Both the position numbers and the translations under genes were made by a program. Shown one piece after another: positions 60,770 through 64,000 of a DNA stretch of 64,000 nucleotides. This DNA is from Eledone cirrhosa (Eukaryota): assembly GCA_964016885.1 (NCBI GenBank), contig OZ024766.1:124001-188000 (forward strand). Reading direction: 5' to 3'. Numbering within the stretch: the stretch's first letter is position 1; every line of letters begins with the position of its first letter. A model generated the notes under the pieces. It did not search any database. It saw only the letters and a list, made by a program, of their open reading frames with translations, and was not told the DNA's origin.

Positions 60770-61190
60770 TTCTCTCAATCTCTCTCTCTCTTTCTCTCTA
60801 TATCTCTCTCTCCCTCTGTATATATATATATCCTCTCTCTGCTTTCTCACTTTCCTCTCTTTCCTCCCTCTCTTTATATTCCCTTTCCCCCTCTCTCTTC
60901 CCCCACCCCATCACCCTCTTTCCCCCTCTCACTCTTTCATTCCATCTCTCTTTCCTCCCCCTCTCTCCTCCCTCCTATTAATGTTTTATTTATTAACGAT
61001 ATGCCGAAAAATCTTCTCTAGTGTATGTCATGGTTGGATCTCTTATCAGTAGAGATGCCAACACATCTCCCTCCCTTTCTCTCTCTCTTCCCCTCCCTCG
61101 TGTTAATGTCTTACTAATTAATCGTGTTCCGAAAGTATTCCGTAGAGTCTGTCATGGTTGGAGCGCCTTATCAGTAAACATGCCAACACG
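60620..61190. repeat. Three diverged ~70-bp units separated by (CT)-rich spacers
   Basis: TGTCATGGTTGGA..CTTATCAGTA..ATGCCAACA in units at 60620-60690, 60992-61064 and 61118-61189. Confidence 0.85.
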
Positions 61191-61259
61191 TGTGTTTCAT
61201 TAGTGATCCGCCTTTAACAAAGCAAGGTAGGCCGATAACATAACATAATAATAACATAA

Positions 61260-61445
61260 AAACGGCGGCCATTTTGAACCTGTTGTAATACTTACGGAGC
61301 AGTTCTTTACAAGCAGCAGCTGCAACAACAGCAGCAGCGCGGAGGGAAGGAAAGAAAGAAAGAGCGTGTGTGTGAAAAAGAGAAGGGGGGGGGCGGACGG
61401 ACGGACAATGGATGTCCGGGTACAATCCCGTCACGTGAACCGTCG
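61260..61445 (-). promoter_or_regulatory. Possible promoter and non-coding first exon
   Basis: E-box GTCACGTGA (61430), GC-box GGGGCGG, minus-strand donor CTCC|GTAAGT (61295), YY1-like AAAATGGCCGCC (61263-61275); motif evidence only. Confidence 0.3.
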
Positions 61446-61506
61446 GGCAAGTATCTTAATACTGCCATAGCCTTGGGTTTACCAATGTCCTGTAAATGGA
61501 ATCTGT

Positions 61507-61538
<32 letters not shown>

Positions 61539-61551
61539 TCTCTCTTTCTCA

Positions 61552-61591
<40 letters not shown>

Positions 61592-61744
61592 TTCTCTCTC
61601 TCTCCCTCTCTCTTTTTCTCTCTCTCTCTCAAAGAAGGACATATGTCCGAACCACGGAAACCTCCCAAGGGTGATAGTTACAAAACTTTCGTCTATCAAC
61701 ATCTCTGCTTCTGTGTTGTCATTTCTTAATCATTATATATTAAT

Positions 61745-61849
61745 CCGCCGAGGTTAACTTTGCCTTTCATCCTTACGGGGGTCGATAAAATAAAGTACCA
61801 GTAATACACTGGGATAATTTCTGGCCCTGTGCTAAAAGTAGAAACAATT
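61745..61849 (+). mobile_element. SINE family 1, 5'-truncated
   Basis: Core plus tail, followed by (TA)n. Confidence 0.85.
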
Positions 61850-62009
61850 ATATATATATATATATATATATATCTGTTTCTTTACATGAATTTCTTCTCT
61901 CTATCTATCTCTCTTTATCTCTCTCTCTCTGTTTAGTTGCATGCATTTCTTCTTTTTCTTCGCTTTTTTCTTTCTTTCTTTTTATAACTGTCCCTAACAT
62001 TTTTCACTA

Positions 62010-62192
62010 CCAAATCAACTTTTTAAATGGAAGTTGAAGTTGTAAGGTATGTCAAATCTATCTATTTATAAGACTGTTTATATTGTATTTTGTCTGAAGA
62101 AGGCATACCATATTTTTAATATGATATCCCTGAAATATATATAATGAAATAAATATGATTTTATAAATATAGTTTCCATTTATTTAATATCG
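62010..62192 (+). mobile_element. Penelope-like pLTR with a hammerhead at 62088-62149; same family as 20.1-20.5 kb
   Basis: TTTTGT-CTGAAGA-AGG..CCT-GAAA-TATATATA-ATGAAA; ends in (TA)n. Confidence 0.8.
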
Positions 62193-62409
62193 TATATATA
62201 TATATATATATTTGTAATTATATGTTCTTATATTCTTTGCAAATTATCTCCTGTTTATGTTTGATATGTTTATATACATGGCATTCATTTTTTAATTTAT
62301 AATAAGGGCTCGGGTTTTATTCCTTAGAATCTTTCTTTCAGCTTCCCTTACAGGTGATATGGTGCGTGAATGAGTTTATTCTCAGACATGACAACTTTAT
62401 TCATTTAAG

Positions 62410-62469
<60 letters not shown>

Positions 62470-62673
62470 CGTTTCTGAATTTGTTTAGCAAGATTCTTTA
62501 TCTGAAAATGTGTGTTGAAACCGATATTGTTATACTTTGGGAGGGTCATGTTGACAATAAGAAACACACGCACCAGTTGCTTTCACTTCAATTTATTATA
62601 TATTTATAAATTTATAAATTTATAAATTTCTGGTTGGTTGGTTGGTTCCACAACCAGATAGTTGTTTATATAT

Positions 62674-62718
62674 AGTCATAGTTCTTTCGTCACACACTCT
62701 GTGACCTCTTCAGTGACT
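62674..62718 (-). ncRNA. Minimal hammerhead in a PLE-like element (62468-62780; partial inverted copy at 27188-27303)
   Basis: Reverse complement AGTCA-CTGAAGA-GGTCACA-GAGTG-TGTGAC-GAAAGAACTA-TGACT. Confidence 0.8.
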
Positions 62719-62776
62719 GGGGATTCCTTTCTTTGTTTCTGTGCCTCTCCTTTGTTCTGTCCTACGCCATTTTGTT

Positions 62777-62828
<52 letters not shown>

Positions 62829-62869
62829 AAATGAAAATACGAAGGCAGGGTAAAATTCCAATCATTTAA

Positions 62870-62943
62870 TCACGACACATGTTTCAATAAGAGATAGATC
62901 GATTGTGAAGCCACGATCGATTATCACTGATCTCATCAGGTGA
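62870..62943 (-). ncRNA. Hammerhead with a long stem II
   Basis: Reverse complement TCAC-CTGATGA-GATCAGTGATAATCGATCGTG-GCTT-CACAATCGATCTATCTCTTATT-GAAACATGTGTC-GTGA. Confidence 0.8.
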
Positions 62944-62985
62944 AAATGAATTGTCTTCAAATTCTTGATATATATATATATATAT

Positions 62986-63177
62986 AACGAAGGAAATGTG
63001 GTAAGGAACCAGGTGGACCCTAACGCACCAGAGTACTCAATACTTAGGGTAGTAGAGTGGGTAATAGGAAAAAGTATGACTCCGACGGCAGACCTCAAGC
63101 CGTTTCGACGACTATTTCTGGACTAAATTCAGTCGAAACGGCTTGAGCTCTGCCGTCGGGGTCATACTTTTTCCTAT
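62986..63177 (-). mobile_element. Penelope-like insertion: palindrome 63064-63177 plus tail, between (TA)n tracts
   Basis: Homologous end to end with 21099-21291. Confidence 0.85.
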
Positions 63178-63274
63178 ATATATATATATATATATATATC
63201 ACTGCAAAATTGGTGTTATGTTGGTATGAGGCAGTTCTGCGAATATATATATATATATTATTTTACTATCGACT

Positions 63275-63480
63275 TGTGTTTAGAATGTCTCAGGAAAGAA
63301 TCGCTGGAGATTCATGGGCACAAACCAACTGGAAAGAAACCCAGGGGTAGACCCCTGAGCAAGAATTGTTGAATAACATCCATGAGCTTGGCTGGGTCAT
63401 GCTTGGGGACCCAGCCGGATCAGTTGGAGACTGTTGCTTCTGACAGGGACCTGCTGTAAGGAGTGTTTTGAGGACTCTGC
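63275..63480 (+). pseudogene. Decayed RTE-type LINE 3' coding end
   Basis: RMSQERIA..KPTGKKPRGRP.. (frameshifted). Confidence 0.6.
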
Positions 63481-63550
63481 CAGAAATAAGTTGGTGAAGA
63501 AGTCTATATATAGCGATGACGCAGATGCCAAGCTGTATCAGCCCTTTTCC

Positions 63551-64000
63551 TTGGATAATATCCTATATTGCAGGACAGATTTTCAGGGGCACAACCCAAC
63601 CAGCAGGAGACCCAGGTGGTAGACCCCGAGCAAGATGGTTGGATAACATCCTATATTGCAGGACAGATTTTCAGGGGCACAACCAACCAGCAGGAGACCC
63701 AGGTGGTAGACCCCGAGCAAGATGGTTGGGATAACATCCTATATTGCAGGACAGATTTTCAGGGGCACAACCAACCAGCAGGAGACCCAGGGGGTAGACC
63801 CCGAGCAAGATGGTTGGAGAACATCCTATATTGCAGGACAGATTTTTAGGGGCACAACCAACCAGCAGGAGACCCAGGGGGTAGACCCCGAGCAAGATGG
63901 TTGGATAACATCCTATATTGCAGGACAGATTTTTAGGGGCACAACCAACCAGCAGGAGACCCAGGTGGTAGACCCCGAGACAAGATGGTTGGATAACATC
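63551..64000 (+). repeat. 87-88-bp tandem repeat derived from RTE 3' coding sequence; runs off the window end
   Basis: GGATAA(C/T)ATCCTATATTGCAGG at 63553, 63641, 63729 and onward; unit reads ..PTSRRPRGRPRARWLDNI. Confidence 0.9.

Noticed and set aside
61171-61272. Signal-peptide-like MAAVFMLLLCYVIGLPCFVKG on the minus strand
   Set aside because: Stops after 33 codons; the hydrophobicity comes from a TTA/TTATG low-complexity patch and the ATG lies in a YY1-like motif.

Overview
This is AT-rich eukaryotic DNA, most likely from an octopod cephalopod. That assignment comes from recalled SINE/LINE families and the microsatellite load, not from a search. More than half of the window is microsatellite ((TA)n, (CA)n, (CAC)n, (GATA)n, (CT)n), so almost all ORFs in the supplied track are artefacts. 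I found no confident host-gene exon. The only long real reading frame is a 5'-truncated but uninterrupted CR1/L2-group LINE reverse transcriptase (4853-6826). Other mobile elements are present: Tx1-like LINE 3' ends stacked in (CTAT)n arrays, RTE and CRE-like relics, a DD41D mariner relic, Helitron-like elements and about 8 copies of a tRNA-derived SINE. The most striking signal is a dense set of short Penelope-like (PLE) insertions in or next to (TA)n tracts. About 13 hammerhead-ribozyme cores can be folded by hand, several of them degenerate. Eight insertions are long fold-back palindromes with one architecture: tail, long arm, short inverted arm, then (TA)n. In four of them the symmetry centre lies in hammerhead stem II, and in seven the unpaired tail begins with a covarying stem-loop. 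All structures were derived by eye and coordinates are approximate to a few bases.
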